The notes beneath the pieces were generated by a model. That model was not told the origin of the DNA and did no database searches. It was given only the letters and a program-made list of their open reading frames with translations. A stretch of 54,749 bases of DNA from Atractiella rhizophila (Eukaryota): NCBI GenBank assembly GCA_021432655.1, contig MU271420.1, positions 1-54,749 of the forward strand, in the 5' to 3' direction. Below, one piece after another: positions 23,919-35,679 of the stretch. Position 1 is the first letter of the stretch. Each line of letters begins with the position of its first letter. A program made the translations under genes and the position numbers.

Positions 23919-23924
23919 ACGCGT
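23919..23924. promoter_or_regulatory. MCB-like element ACGCGT upstream of ORC4
   Basis: Exact ACGCGT about 35 bp before the ATG of a replication gene. A 6-mer, so weak on its own. Confidence 0.35.
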
Positions 23925-23959
23925 CTGCTAAAGCTTCAGTGGCTGAACAAACGTCTAAC

Positions 23960-26900
23960 ATGCCATCCAAATCACACGCAGATCAAAGGCGCAGCAAGCG
24001 AAAGGCCATTGACGCGTCGTCCCCAGCCGCAGACGCAGAACAAGAAGCGCCTCTTGCAAAGAAACCTCGGTTGGATACTACAGGTGCAACAGCGCAGGAG
24101 AATGGGGAAGAGGTTCATGCTGATGCTTCGAAGAGAATAGGGCGTGAAAGTGGTGCGTTGTCTTCTTGGGGGATTATGTTAAGGTACAGCGGCTGACGGT
24201 GCTCGTTCATTCTTTATGGTTGAAAGCTTCGCTCCTCCATGCACCTCTCACCGCATCTTTCTTTTCCTCCACAACCTCTCGATCCCCAAAGCCAAGTCGA
24301 GTCCAAGTCAAAGGAGCTAGACAGCCCATTCCCGATGTGAAGTCGTCCATCGAAGACGCTGCCTCTCGTGCTCCCGCTCCATCCACCTTCACACCATCGC
24401 CATCAAAGAAGCAGGCACATCTGGAGGTAACTGCTGATAGTCCGGCGCGTTCGACGAGGAGTGGTAAGAACGCCGTGGTTTCCACTGAAAAGGAAGCAAA
24501 ATCTCCCTTAAAGAAAGCGAAGGAACGAGCATCAGAGAAGAACGAGCAGATCAATAAGAGAGAGAACAAGATGAACGGAGAGTTGCGGAAAAGCAAGCGA
24601 CACCCCGAAGAGATGGCAGCGAGCCAAATCATCACAGCTCAAGCTTCAACACGCTCGACGAGATCAAAGGTTGCGGTGCCAGATGATGCAGTGCCAGAGA
24701 ATATGGAGGAGGCGGATGCGTCAGGGAAGAGAACGAAAAAGAAATACGCTGCAGCTGCACCATTGGACCAACCTGATATTTCCCATCGCTCTCCCCGGAG
24801 GACGAAGGCGGAATCATCGTCAGGGTCCACACCCATTGTCAGCACGGTCTCGCCGAAGCTGGTGCCATCACGTTCCCAATCACCCACCAAACGCTCATCA
24901 TCGTTCATACCTCTGACGGACCTGACTTCTCCAAACAAACGCCCTCATCGATTGAATGATAACGCAACTGCTCCTATCGTTTCCATTCCAGCAACGCCAT
25001 CTGGTAGAGCAGCAACCACAGTCACATCCCCATTTTCTGACAAAAAGTCCCCACGCAAAAAGCCAACTCCAACTAAAAACAATCCTAGAGGCTCGCTGTC
25101 CCGCTTGACCCGTAGTAAAGGAGTGGACACCCAGCCGTCTACACCAGAAGCACCCTCTGCCACTGCAATCACCCGCGTCGAGGAACAAGCGGAAGAGATT
25201 GAGATTTCAGCAACTTCTGAAAATCACTCCTTCCCGTCTACAGTTGCTCTTCCCTTTCTAGAAGGCATCCTCGCCAGCTTGGCTGGAAGGTCCTCAGCGC
25301 TGCATGACCTTCCGAAGCAAATGAAGACAACAAGCGAACTGCTGGACGCGCCATATCTACCTGGGATGAAAGAAGACTGGGAGAGGGACGTGCGTTGGGT
25401 GTTGGATAGGACTGTGAAGTATGGAGAAGGGAATTGTGTCTTGCTTGTTGGGCCGAGAGGGGTGGGAAAGAGTTTAGTACGTCCTTCGTCCTTTACGATG
25501 ATATAACCCGTAGACTCATAGGGTGGATAGATGGTTCACCGCAACCTGGCACTGCTAGAAAGACTACATGGAAAAGATGCCTATGTGGTCATCAAGCTGA
25601 ACGGGCTATCGGAGACAAACGATAAATTGGCGCTGAAAGAGATCGCGAGGCAGTTGAAGGGGAATGAGGGCTATTTGGCCGCAGAAGTTGGGGGAGAAGG
25701 AGGAGAAAACGACTGGGGAGATAGTTTCGTGTGTCTTCTCTCTCTTGCGTTCACTATCTAGACGAGGCTGATAAATGGACAGGCGACATATGCATCCACC
25801 CTGCAGACGTTGATCAATATCCTGGAGCCGCATAAGTCGGCGAATATGACACTACCCACCGAAGGAGAGGATTCAGCAGGAAAGACAGAAGAACAAACTC
25901 AGCCTGAAGGAGAAACGAAACAAAAACCCATAATTTTTGTTCTCGACGAATTCGATCAGTTTGCCCTACAACCACGCCAATCCTTCCTCTACTGTCTGCT
26001 CGACTGCGTACAAGGACGAAAGCGGCAGGGAGGGATGCTAGTTCTCGGTCTGTCTTCTCGAGCTGTACGTCACTATTTTCCCATGATGACACGAGACGCT
26101 GATCGTGATCATTATGCTGTGTAGGATTGCTTGAACGCATTGGAGAAGAGAGTCAAGTCTCGATGCCAGAGCAGGGTGCATCAAATCACCCACGATGGCG
26201 GAATAGAAGGCATGCAAGCCATCGCAAAGTGGTTGCTCAAACCCTTGAGCGGCAAAGAAACATCTGATGAATTGAGAAAGGCATGGGAAGTCGAAGTTGA
26301 GGTTTGACTCCATTCCTTTCATGTCATCGAATGTATTCAAACGATGCACAGAGCTTTGCCGACTCTCCAGCGGCGAGAACAGCGTTGGAACAGGCGCATG
26401 CCATTGATTCCTCCAACAGGAGCAGAATCATCACCTTCCTCGTATGCTCTGCTTTCTGTTGTTCTTGCAACCAGAGAAGTTGATAAAGAATCTAGCATCC
26501 CGTCATTTCGTCGCTCTATCACAACACAAAAGTGTCGGGTTACCTCAATCTGCCATGTCTAGCCACGCTTCCGCCGCTGCCGTTCCGTACCGCGACAGAT
26601 AGTATCACTTTCTTGACGGGTGCGTCGCCTTTCATTTCAGGAGAGCGTGTTTGATGAATAGTCGAGCAGGATTGACTACTCCAGAGCTATGTGTTCTCAT
26701 CGCCTCAAAACACCTCACCCTCTCGAACCACACCCTCAACCTTCCCATCCTCCACAATGTCTATGTTACGCATTCCAAACGCGGCCTTGCTCTGAAGGAG
26801 CTGACCAAGGTATACTCAAAGAACGTCTTCACGAAAGCCTTTGAGCGATTGAGGGAACTAGAGATCTTATTACCAACTACAGATGCCCCAGTGAGGGCGT

Positions 26901-27043
26901 ATGAGCTTGGGAGTGCCAGTCTGGAGGAAGGATTCAAGATGGTTCGATTAGCGCCATGGGTTCAGTCTGTGGATAAAGCTGTTTTGGACGGACGGAACGT
27001 TCCTGAGAGCCTGAAAAATTGGTGTCGCAAATGGGCCAGTTGA
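23960..27043 (+). CDS. ORC4: Origin recognition complex subunit 4; multi-exon, with a long disordered N-terminus
   Basis: DRTVKYGEGNCVLLVGPRGVGKSL (Walker A), IIFVLDEFDQFALQPRQSFLYCLLD (Walker B), ALEKRVKSRCQSR, and a C-terminal winged-helix region GLTTPELCVLIASKHL...KAFERLRELEIL. Confidence 0.9.
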
Positions 27044-27138
27044 TAGCTACGCTACATTTATGTACAACAAATGAGACGGATATCATGACTACAGGACCCA
27101 GGGATATTACATACATGGTTCACTACATCGAATACCAG

Positions 27139-28155
27139 TCATTTGGCCTTGAACACTTTATCCCAAGCGATATCCTCAAAGTCTTCTGCGATCTGAAAAT
27201 TCTGTCGCACCTCGTTCGTTGCAATACCTAAACTACCTAACCACGAAAATATGCAATCCGTATACTCCGTCCAACGCTCAGCTGCTCCTTTCACCTTTTC
27301 GAAACTTTAATAGGTAGGGGAAGGTTGGAACGCGGAGAACAGACCTCTGACAAAAGTTTTTCTGGGAGAGGCAGTTAGGGACAAGACAGCGTCTGATAGA
27401 AGGGCAAGAATAGAAGGACGCACCTCTGCTTCCATAATCTTCAGGCGTGGTTTCGGTGAATTTGTCAAGCTCAAGCTTCAAACGGCGCTCTTCTAGATTC
27501 TTGGACTTCCAAGCCTCGAGCAACATGGTTCGCTCCTCCTTCAACAGCAGTCAATGCCTAAATCAACAAACAACCCATGCCATATCAAAGGAGGAGAAAT
27601 ACGTACTCCCTCCTCTTTAACCTTCAACATTTCTGATAACTCCTTTCGCACTGCTTCCCTCGATTTACCAACATCGACAACCTCCTTTCTCGACGCCTCC
27701 AACGCGTTTTTCACGGATATTGCAGCTGCAGAAGGGTAGGACCAAAAGTAATTCGATGTCCCTATCTTCTCTGAAAAGACCAGGCCGTCATCAACTAAAG
27801 ACTGTAGAATTTCTTTGATAGTCGGCATGGTGATCCCTTTAGCTTTGGAACACAGCTATGAAGAGGGCAGGGAAGTACGCGTTCAGGGCACCAAGGCAAG
27901 GAGGGGATTGAACCTTTTCAACTTCTTTCAGCTGATAAAACTCTTTCTGTTCCCATCAAAAGGTCAACAGAACAGCTTTTCTGCCGAGAAATTGTACAGT
28001 TTCGTGAAACCAGTCCAACATCCTGTCCAATACTCTGAGCTTAAGCGCAATCAAGAATGGTTGCAACTCGCCTGGAGCGTTTCTCGTCGTGAGAAAGACC
28101 TTTCGGAGCCTGAATTCGACTCAGCATGAGCACCTCTTTTCACTGTACCCACCAT
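27139..28155 (-). CDS. MND1: Meiotic nuclear division protein 1 (intact copy)
   Basis: Spliced by eye: M|APKGLSHDEKRSR|MLDWFHET|KEFYQLKEVEK|LCSKAKGITMPTIKEILQSLVDDGLVFSEKIGTSNYFWSYPS...AAERWTEYTDCIFSWL...FQIAEDFEDI. The first coding exon is ATG only; intron 2 has a GC donor. Confidence 0.9.
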
Positions 28156-28237
28156 ACTGTGCCTGTTCCGTAGTACCGTTGATCTGCGTCTCGTTTGCTT
28201 TCTTTTTGTGTCGCTCTTTTGATTGTTTTCAGTGGCG

Positions 28238-28260
28238 ACGCGTTGTAAATGCAGCACGTG
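28238..28260. promoter_or_regulatory. MCB (ACGCGT) plus E-box (CACGTG) upstream of MND1
   Basis: ACGCGT at 28238-28243 and CACGTG at 28255-28260. Both are retained in the identical copy (~33717-33739) and in the otherwise diverged copy (~29398-29420). Confidence 0.45.
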
Positions 28261-28527
28261 AGAAAAGATTGGACCTTATTCCACACGCAGGGGTCGTTTC
28301 TCGTTTCTCTGCAATGGAATGCTCAACGCTATCCATCACAATCAAGAGCCTTTTTGTTTTCGTCTTCTCTCTTCCCTCCACATCTAATGTAGGTCGAGGA
28401 TACGGTGTAAGGAACCCAACTGGAGAATATCGCTCGACGCAGGAAGACGAGAACCGTGACGACTAAAATACGAAAAAAGCCTGCAATTACTCACGTAATG
28501 TCCATTCCTACACTCAATCATTGCCCA

Positions 28528-29066
28528 TCAACACAAAAAATCTACCGCCTTCCCGAATATCCACACATTTCCTCCGAAATGAACCAAGCTGGCCAACCAC
28601 AGTTCCAGGAAGAGGGGTCGGGCTTTGATTTCGAGTTGGTAGGCTATTGAGAGCCAGAGTGCCTAGTGCAAAACAGATAGTTCGCATTGTGAGAAAGAGG
28701 ATGACGGGATTGGTAAGGACTAACCTGCGTCGCCACCCAGACTACGAGAAGTGGTAGCCAACGAAGGAGAGGGACGCGGGAGTTAAGGAGGACGAAAGGG
28801 AGGAAGAGGATGTACCAGATAAAATACTGTCACAATCTTCAGCCTCTTTCACGGCGAAATTGGTAGAAGCAAGTTGGACGAACCTGCGACGTGCAAACTT
28901 TGTTGAAAGTGACAAATACGAATGTTTGGAGGAACCAGCTGATGGCCATTCCATTTTCTCGTGCACCGTAGACGAATCCGAGGCCGAGGGAGAGTGAAAG
29001 TTGGGGGATGAATGCATAGAGAGATCCGTCGCTGAGCTTGGAAGTGAGGCTGGAAGATGAAGCAGA
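28528..29066 (-). pseudogene. Orphan 3' fragment of PIG-M/GPI14 (recent duplicate)
   Basis: Near-identical to ~34007-34545, covering the last exons ([13 protein letters not shown]..|[11 protein letters not shown]). It has no 5' half and joins abruptly to MND1 intron sequence at ~29066. Confidence 0.85.
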
Positions 29067-29067
29067 A

Positions 29068-29320
29068 GGGATTGAACCTTTTCAACTTCTTTCAGCTGAT
29101 AAAACTCTTTCTGTTCCCATCAAAAGGTCAACAGAACAGCTTTTCTGCCGAGAAATTGTACAGTTTCGTGAAACCAGTCCAACATCCTGTCCAATACTCT
29201 GAGCTTAAGCGCAATCAAGAATGGTTGCAACTCGCCTGGAGCGTTTCTCGTCGTGAGAAAGACCTTTCGGAGCCTGAATTCGACTCAGCATAGGTATCTC
29301 TTTTCTTGTACTCACCATAA
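29068..29320 (-). pseudogene. 5' fragment of MND1 (exons 1-4 only)
   Basis: 29068-29291 matches 27904-28127 (offset 1164). ATG|GTGAGT is retained at ~29318. Truncated within intron 4. Confidence 0.85.
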
Positions 29321-29619
29321 GGTTTCTGTTCCTTTGCAGCGCTGATCTGCGTCTCGTTTGCTTTCTTTTTGTGGTACTCTTGATCGTTTAAGTGACGACG
29401 CGTGGTAAATGCAGCACGTGCTGAACGTTCGGACAGTCATTTCTCTGCAAATGGAACGCTCAACGTTGTCCAATCAAGATCAAGAGCCTTTTTTATTTTC
29501 GTCTTCTCTCTTCTTCTTCCCTCTACATAAATGTAGGTCGAGTACGGTGTAAGGAACCCAACTGGAGAATTTCGCTCAACTCAGGAGGAAGTCATGAATA
29601 AAATACGAAAACAGTCTGC

Positions 29620-30110
29620 GGTTACTCACGTCCATTACTGCATACCCAACCATTGTCCATTAATACAAAAAAATCTATTACCTTCCCAAATATCCACACA
29701 TTTCCCCCGAAATGAACTAAGCTGGGGAACCACAGTTCGAGGAAGTGAGGTCGGGCTTTGATTTCGAGTTGGTAGGCTATTGAAAGCCAGAGTGCCCAGC
29801 GCAAAACAGATAGTTCGCATTGTGAGAAAGAGGATGACGAGATCGGTAAGGATTAACCTGCGTCGCCACCAAGACTATGAGAAGGGGTAGCCAGCGAAGG
29901 AGAGGGATGCGGAAGTTCAGGAGGACGAAAAGGAGGAAGAGGCTGTACCATACCAGATAAAATACGGTCACAACCTTCTCTTTCGCTACGAATTTTTGGA
30001 GCTTTGTCTGATTTGTCGCAGGTACGTTTTGATGACGAGCTCAGAGCTATATAGGTGAGGCATGCAAAGATGAATTTGCCAAGAGCGTTAGTATGGATAA
30101 GGAAGGTAAA
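29620..30110 (-). pseudogene. Older, diverged 3' fragment of PIG-M/GPI14
   Basis: [38 protein letters not shown] and [30 protein letters not shown], with substitutions and indels relative to the intact gene. Confidence 0.75.
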
Positions 30111-30591
30111 TGAAGAGAGTGCGAGAAGAGGAGTTTAGAGCGTTAGGTCGCCATTTCGTAGTGATCTCCAAATGAAAATGGCCGTTAGCCAGCGTTTTGA
30201 GGCAGACTTGGAGTGTAACCGGAAGCAGTAAGAGGAGCCATAGAAGACCTTGCAGTCGAGGTGCCATGCATTTAGCATTGGAGTTGAGGACGCCCCAAAG
30301 CCGAGAAGAAGACTTTCAAAGGTCATTGATGGCATGAGCATGAGACCGGAATGTTTTCAAGATTTCAAGCGCTGTTGACCGTAGTTGACCTTGAAGATTG
30401 CTCGTTATTGTTACTTACTAGCATCAGCTTCATGTTGTAAAGTTCTGAGCCCGGTGCTCCTTCACCCACACTCAGTGGCATTTCTCTCGTAACAAGGACG
30501 GACTCCATATCATTCCTTGCTCTATTTCATCGATACCTCACATGATCGACTCCAAAGGGTTCGTGAAGTTGATGGTACCATCACGGATCAA

Positions 30592-32220
30592 TCAGTGGAG
30601 TCTTGCATTTTTCATGAGATCCTCAGCAAAGTCCTCTTCTGACTCCCAAACCCCTGCATATCCCACCTTGAACTCCTTCAACACTTCAGCCATTGTCCTT
30701 CTAGCAAACCGAAGCTCTTCCTCAAGCCACTCTCCAAAGAATAAGTTGACATATAAATGGTAACCTTTGTAAAACTTCTCCTCTGGAGATCCATCCTCAG
30801 CCTCTGGCCCGAGGCTCTTCACCCGATCCCCGAAGAACCAAGGGATGAAATCGAGAACATCGGACGGGTCCACCGCACAGTAACCAAGCAAGATTAATTT
30901 TATTGCCTTTGCATTTTTGAGAGTGCTAAGGAACTGGGAATCAACAAGATTTGAAGTGTCCTCGCCACCGTCGAGATGGAGACCGGTGAGATGTGTGAGA
31001 TGTGACAAGTCGAGCGGCGTGGGTAGGATGGAGGTAGTTTCATTGGCCGAGAATGGTGCGAGCTCGAGTTTGAGAACCTCTAAAAGGGGAGGCAGAGCGG
31101 AGCTGGAGATTGACGGAGGGAGGGGACACAGGCCCACCAACTCCAGGCGCTTGAGGGAGTGTGGGAGCGCGATAGATGGGAGAGGTGGGTATGTCGTGAG
31201 AACTAGGGATGTTAAGGTGGGAGGTAATTGAAGTCCCGAAGAGGCAGGAGAGGCGGAAGAAGACTCTTCCACATCCAAAGCGCTAAGCTCACGGATCCTC
31301 CGACTCTCACTCCTCTGCATAAAGTTCTCCACCTGCTCCTTTTTCCACTTTCTTGAGCCCTCCTCTCCAAAAGTAACCTTCTCCAGCCCTCTCAAGCCCT
31401 TGATTGCATCCAACACCACCTTTGTCTCCTCTTCACTCCAAACTGCGTTCATGTCCACTTCCGTAACATTTGGGGAACCTTTGATGAGCTCTGTTACAAT
31501 CCCAACATCGATGTGTTCTTCAAACTGCAATCTTCTCCAAAGACGTCCAGCTTCAGGATACTTTTTCAAGCGAGCATGTTTCTCGTTCGCAAGATTAGGC
31601 TCCTTCCAATAAGGAACTGAAACGGTTCTCCAGCGGTGGCAGACACGCGAAAAGTCATAGCATTCATCATATTCGAGAAATTCGAAGATACAAGAAAGGA
31701 GCTCGATAGGCAGGCGTGAGATAGAGCACGAAGCCGTTCGGAGCGAGAGTTGAATGGTCGCAGTATTCGTAGGGAGGGATGATGATATCTCACGCTCGAT
31801 TGGGACGAAGCACTGTTTGCGTGTGGAGTAGAAGGCGATGGGGACGAGGATGGGCTGTAGCCCAATTTCAAAGAGATTAAATAAGCGAGTAAAGCTGGTA
31901 GACGACCGCAACCCTTTGTTTAAGCCAGCCGTGACAATTTCCCCGTCCAAGTTGATGTAAAGATTCACGACACCATACTTTTTGGCTTCGTCGAGACAGA
32001 GTGAGAAATAGGATAATCTTGAGGACAACCCTTGAGGATATTGATGCTTGAGTCTATGAGGTAACACAAAAGAGATTTGGATTATGTGAGCTGATGGAAA
32101 GAGGCGAGATATGACAGAAGGGAGAATGGAGAGCTGGAGCACAGTGCAATGTGTTTTTGGAGCAATCAGATTGATCTGTACATCCTGTGGAGCACACACA
32201 TCTGTTAGTTGATACAGCAA
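30592..32220 (-). CDS. F-box/LRR-like protein (one long exon; true start uncertain)
   Basis: F-box ISRLPIELLSCIFEFLEYDECYDFSRVCHRWRTVS, followed by LxxLxL repeats (LPPTLTSLVL, LPHSLKRLEL, LPPLLEVLKL, LTHLTGLHL). Confidence 0.8.
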   Translation of the reverse strand: MLYQLTDVCAPQDVQINLIAPKTHCTVLQLSILPSVISRLFPSAHIIQISFVLPHRLKHQYPQGLSSRLSYFSLCLDEAKKYGVVNLYINLDGEIVTAGLNKGLRSSTSFTRLFNLFEIGLQPILVPIAFYSTRKQCFVPIEREISSSLPTNTATIQLSLRTASCSISRLPIELLSCIFEFLEYDECYDFSRVCHRWRTVSVPYWKEPNLANEKHARLKKYPEAGRLWRRLQFEEHIDVGIVTELIKGSPNVTEVDMNAVWSEEETKVVLDAIKGLRGLEKVTFGEEGSRKWKKEQVENFMQRSESRRIRELSALDVEESSSASPASSGLQLPPTLTSLVLTTYPPLPSIALPHSLKRLELVGLCPLPPSISSSALPPLLEVLKLELAPFSANETTSILPTPLDLSHLTHLTGLHLDGGEDTSNLVDSQFLSTLKNAKAIKLILLGYCAVDPSDVLDFIPWFFGDRVKSLGPEAEDGSPEEKFYKGYHLYVNLFFGEWLEEELRFARRTMAEVLKEFKVGYAGVWESEEDFAEDLMKNARLH

Positions 32221-32354
32221 GAGAAGAGAAAGCCAAAGAAAGTGACATAATCATGGTTGCGCTTCCCCTTCTGAAGGAGCAGTTGACTAAACTTTCGAAA
32301 GATTTCAACCATTTTCGACAGAGTGTGGTTAGAAATTAGAGATCTAATTACAAA

Positions 32355-32530
32355 CTGCAGAATGCCCCAGTGAGGAGAGTGAAGCTTGAAGACCGCCAGT
32401 CTGGAGGAAGGATTCGTAGCAAGAATGCTTCGATGAGCGTCGATGAGGTTAGTCTGTGGTTAGCTGTTTGAACGGACGGAACGTGCCAGAGAGGGTGTAA
32501 ACTTGGGTTGCAAAGCCAGATTGATATCAT
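32355..32530 (+). pseudogene. Decayed copy of the ORC4 last-exon 3' end
   Basis: Shares ATGCCCCAGTGAGG, GCCAGTCTGGAGGAAGGATTC, TCTGTGG and GGACGGAACGT with 26883-27045, with many indels. Confidence 0.75.
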
Positions 32531-32619
32531 ACATTTCTGTGCAGCCATTGAAATTGACAAAGAGAATGGCGGACGTTGAGCGTCCCTGAGCCAGGGCGAA
32601 ATATTTTTGTGGCTACTGG

Positions 32620-33634
32620 ATGCAGTGATTAGCTCCTGGAACCTTTATTCCAACGATATCCGGTCGAAAATATGTACTTCCTGCGCTCAGAAAATTTCCA
32701 CATGGTTCCTCCTTCGTTGCCATACTTTTTCAACGACCACTATCCAAAAAAATATGCAAAGTCTCCTGGATCTCTGTAAAGTTCAACACTCGCTCGTTGC
32801 ATTACCGAAACTAAACTAGGAAGAGGTGATCCGTAACTCCTGAACGGGCTCAGATGCTCCCACCTCTGACTCATTTAGCGAAGAAACGCAGAATAGACGG
32901 TCGCAAAAGGTTTTTCTGGGAGAGGCAGTTAGACAAGACGTCTGATAGAAGGGAGCAGAAAAGAAGGCACCTCTGCTTCCATAATCTTCAGGCCGTGTTT
33001 CGGTGAATGTCAAGCCTCAAGCTTTCAAACGGCGCTCTTCTAGATTCTTGGACTTTCCAAGCTCGATGGTTCTCCTCCTACGTACTCCATCCTCTTTAAC
33101 CTTCAACATTTCTGATAACTCCTTTCGCACTGCTTCCCTCGATTTACCAACATCGACAACCTCCTTTCTCGACGCCTCCAACGCGTTTTTCACGGATATT
33201 GCAGCTGCAGAAGGGTAGGACCAAAAGTAATTCGATGTCCCTATCTTCTCTGAAAAGACCAGGCCGTCATCAACTAAAGACTGTAGAATTTCTTTGATAG
33301 TCGGCATGGTGATCCCTTTAGCTTTGGAACACAGCTATGAAGAGGGCAGGGAAGTACGCGTTCAGGGCACCAAGGCAAGGAGGGGATTGAACCTTTTCAA
33401 CTTCTTTCAGCTGATAAAACTCTTTCTGTTCCCATCAAAAGGTCAACAGAACAGCTTTTCTGCCGAGAAATTGTACAGTTTCGTGAAACCAGTCCAACAT
33501 CCTGTCCAATACTCTGAGCTTAAGCGCAATCAAGAATGGTTGCAACTCGCCTGGAGCGTTTCTCGTCGTGAGAAAGACCTTTCGGAGCCTGAATTCGACT
33601 CAGCATGAGCACCTCTTTTCACTGTACCCACCAT
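32620..33634 (-). pseudogene. Second MND1 copy: 5' half identical, 3' half frameshifted
   Basis: 33080-33634 matches 27601-28155 (offset 5479). Past KVKEDG the intron is mostly deleted and the exons carry multiple small indels. Confidence 0.8.
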
Positions 33635-34006
33635 ACTGTGCCTGTTCCGTAGTACCGTTGATCTGCGTCTCGTTTGCTTTCTTTTTGTGTCGCTCTTTTG
33701 ATTGTTTTCAGTGGCGACGCGTTGTAAATGCAGCACGTGAGAAAAGATTGGACCTTATTCCACACGCAGGGGTCGTTTCTCGTTTCTCTGCAATGGAATG
33801 CTCAACGCTATCCATCACAATCAAGAGCCTTTTTGTTTTCGTCTTCTCTCTTCCCTCCACATCTAATGTAGGTCGAGGATACGGTGTAAGGAACCCAACT
33901 GGAGAATATCGCTCGACGCAGGAAGACGAGAACCGTGACGACTAAAATACGAAAAAAGCCTGCAATTACTCACGTAATGTCCATTCCTACACTCAATCAT
34001 TGCCCA

Positions 34007-35440
34007 TCAACACAAAAAATCTACCGCCTTCCCGAATATCCACACATTTCCTCCGAAATGAACCAAGCTGGCCAACCACAGTTCGAGGAACAGGGGTCGG
34101 GCTTTGATTTCGAGTTGGTAGGCTATTGAGAGCCAGATTGCCTAGCGCAAAACAGATAGTTCACATTGTGAGAAGAGAATGACGGGATTGGTAAGGACTA
34201 ACCTGCGTCGCCACCCAGACTACGAGAAGTGGTAGCCAACGAAGGAGAGGGACGCGGGAGTTAAGGAGGACGAAAGGGAGGAAGAGGATGTACCAGATAA
34301 AATACTGTCACAATGTTCAGTCTCTTTCACTGCGAGATTTGGGAGAAGCAAGTTGGACGGACCTGCGACGTGCAAACTTTGTTGAAAGTGACAAATACGA
34401 ATGTTTGGAGGAACCAGCTGATGGCCATTCCATTTTCTCGTGCACCGTAGACGAATCCGAGGCCGAGGGAGAGTGAAAGTTGGGGGATGAATGCATAGAG
34501 AGATCCGTCGCTGAGCTTGGAAGTGAGGCTGGAAGATGAAGCAGAGGTGAAGGATAAATAGATGGGGTAGAAGTAAGACGAGAAGTTGTGTCGATGGTCG
34601 AGGCGGGTGAGGTGGTAGAGGTAGGTGTGCGAGATGAAGGGGTATCCCCATCTTTCAATTTAGAAAATGTAAGTTTAGTGCAGAAACGAGGGATGAAAAG
34701 GCGTACATGCTGTACATGAAGCCGTTCAATGTCGCAAAAGTTGTCAAGCTGACGATTCCAAACCAAACCTGTCGCCAACAGAAAAATCGGGCAAACAATC
34801 CATTTTCTTCTCTCCTTCCTTTTCGCAAGTCGTCTTCTCTCTTGATTCTCGACAGCAAGCTACTCGCGTAAATGAAGGGATAGATCTTGAAATGAACCGC
34901 CGCTCCAAGGACGATTGCTGCTAGATTCCACCTGCCTGTCTCCGCCGCTGCCAGACAGCCTATGACGAGGACACCAAGCACGGACTCTGCGCTCCCCCGG
35001 GTGGAGATGTTGGCTATCATTGGATTCCAGAGCCAGACGAGGTTGACCATCCACAGGATCTTGCTCCTCTTCTTCTGATCCGTGAGAGGCACATTTTTGA
35101 TAAGAAGCTTATAGATAAGGTAGCCAATAATTAGGTCGCAAGAAGCAAAAATGAATTTCCCAAAAGAGTTGTGGATGAGGTGATTGGTGGTGAGCAAGAG
35201 CGCGAGGAGAGGAGTGTAGCGATAAGTTGCCCTTTGGTAAGGGTCTCCAAATGAAAATGATCTTTCGGTAGCATTCTGCAGCAGATTTTGAGGATGTAAC
35301 AGGAAGTAAGCGGCGTCGGTGAAGACCCTGTAGTCGATGTCCGTGTACTTGAGCACTGAATGAGCGTCGTGGTGGATAGAGTAGAGAATGAGGAAGAATC
35401 TTGCCAAAAAGGCGAGGAGAAGACTTTGGAAGAGATTCAT
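34007..35440 (-). CDS. GPI14: GPI mannosyltransferase I (PIG-M/Gpi14); multi-exon
   Basis: [15 protein letters not shown] (DxD motif), [62 protein letters not shown] and [16 protein letters not shown]. Stop at 34007-34009. Confidence 0.95.
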
Positions 35441-35679
35441 TGATGCATCCCAGCACTAGAAATGTTACGCTTCAAGCTGCAGTTGATTCGCCTCCTCTTG
35501 TCTGTAACTTCAAGGTCTTGGGAGTAGTTTGCTGCATGTAGTTTTGCTTTAGTCTGACGTACGAGTGATACGTCACTTGTATGTGTGGGAGTGAGAATCG
35601 ACGACCAAGACCACCTTTGAGCCAGCTTTCGCTGCAGCACCTAACGTAATATCTCAGCCTAATAGCTCTTAATCCCAAC

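Noticed and set aside
27815..28466. Repeated plus-strand ORFs (104 and 125 aa, also at 33294-33945)
   Set aside because: They are antisense shadows of MND1 and its promoter and recur only because of the duplication.
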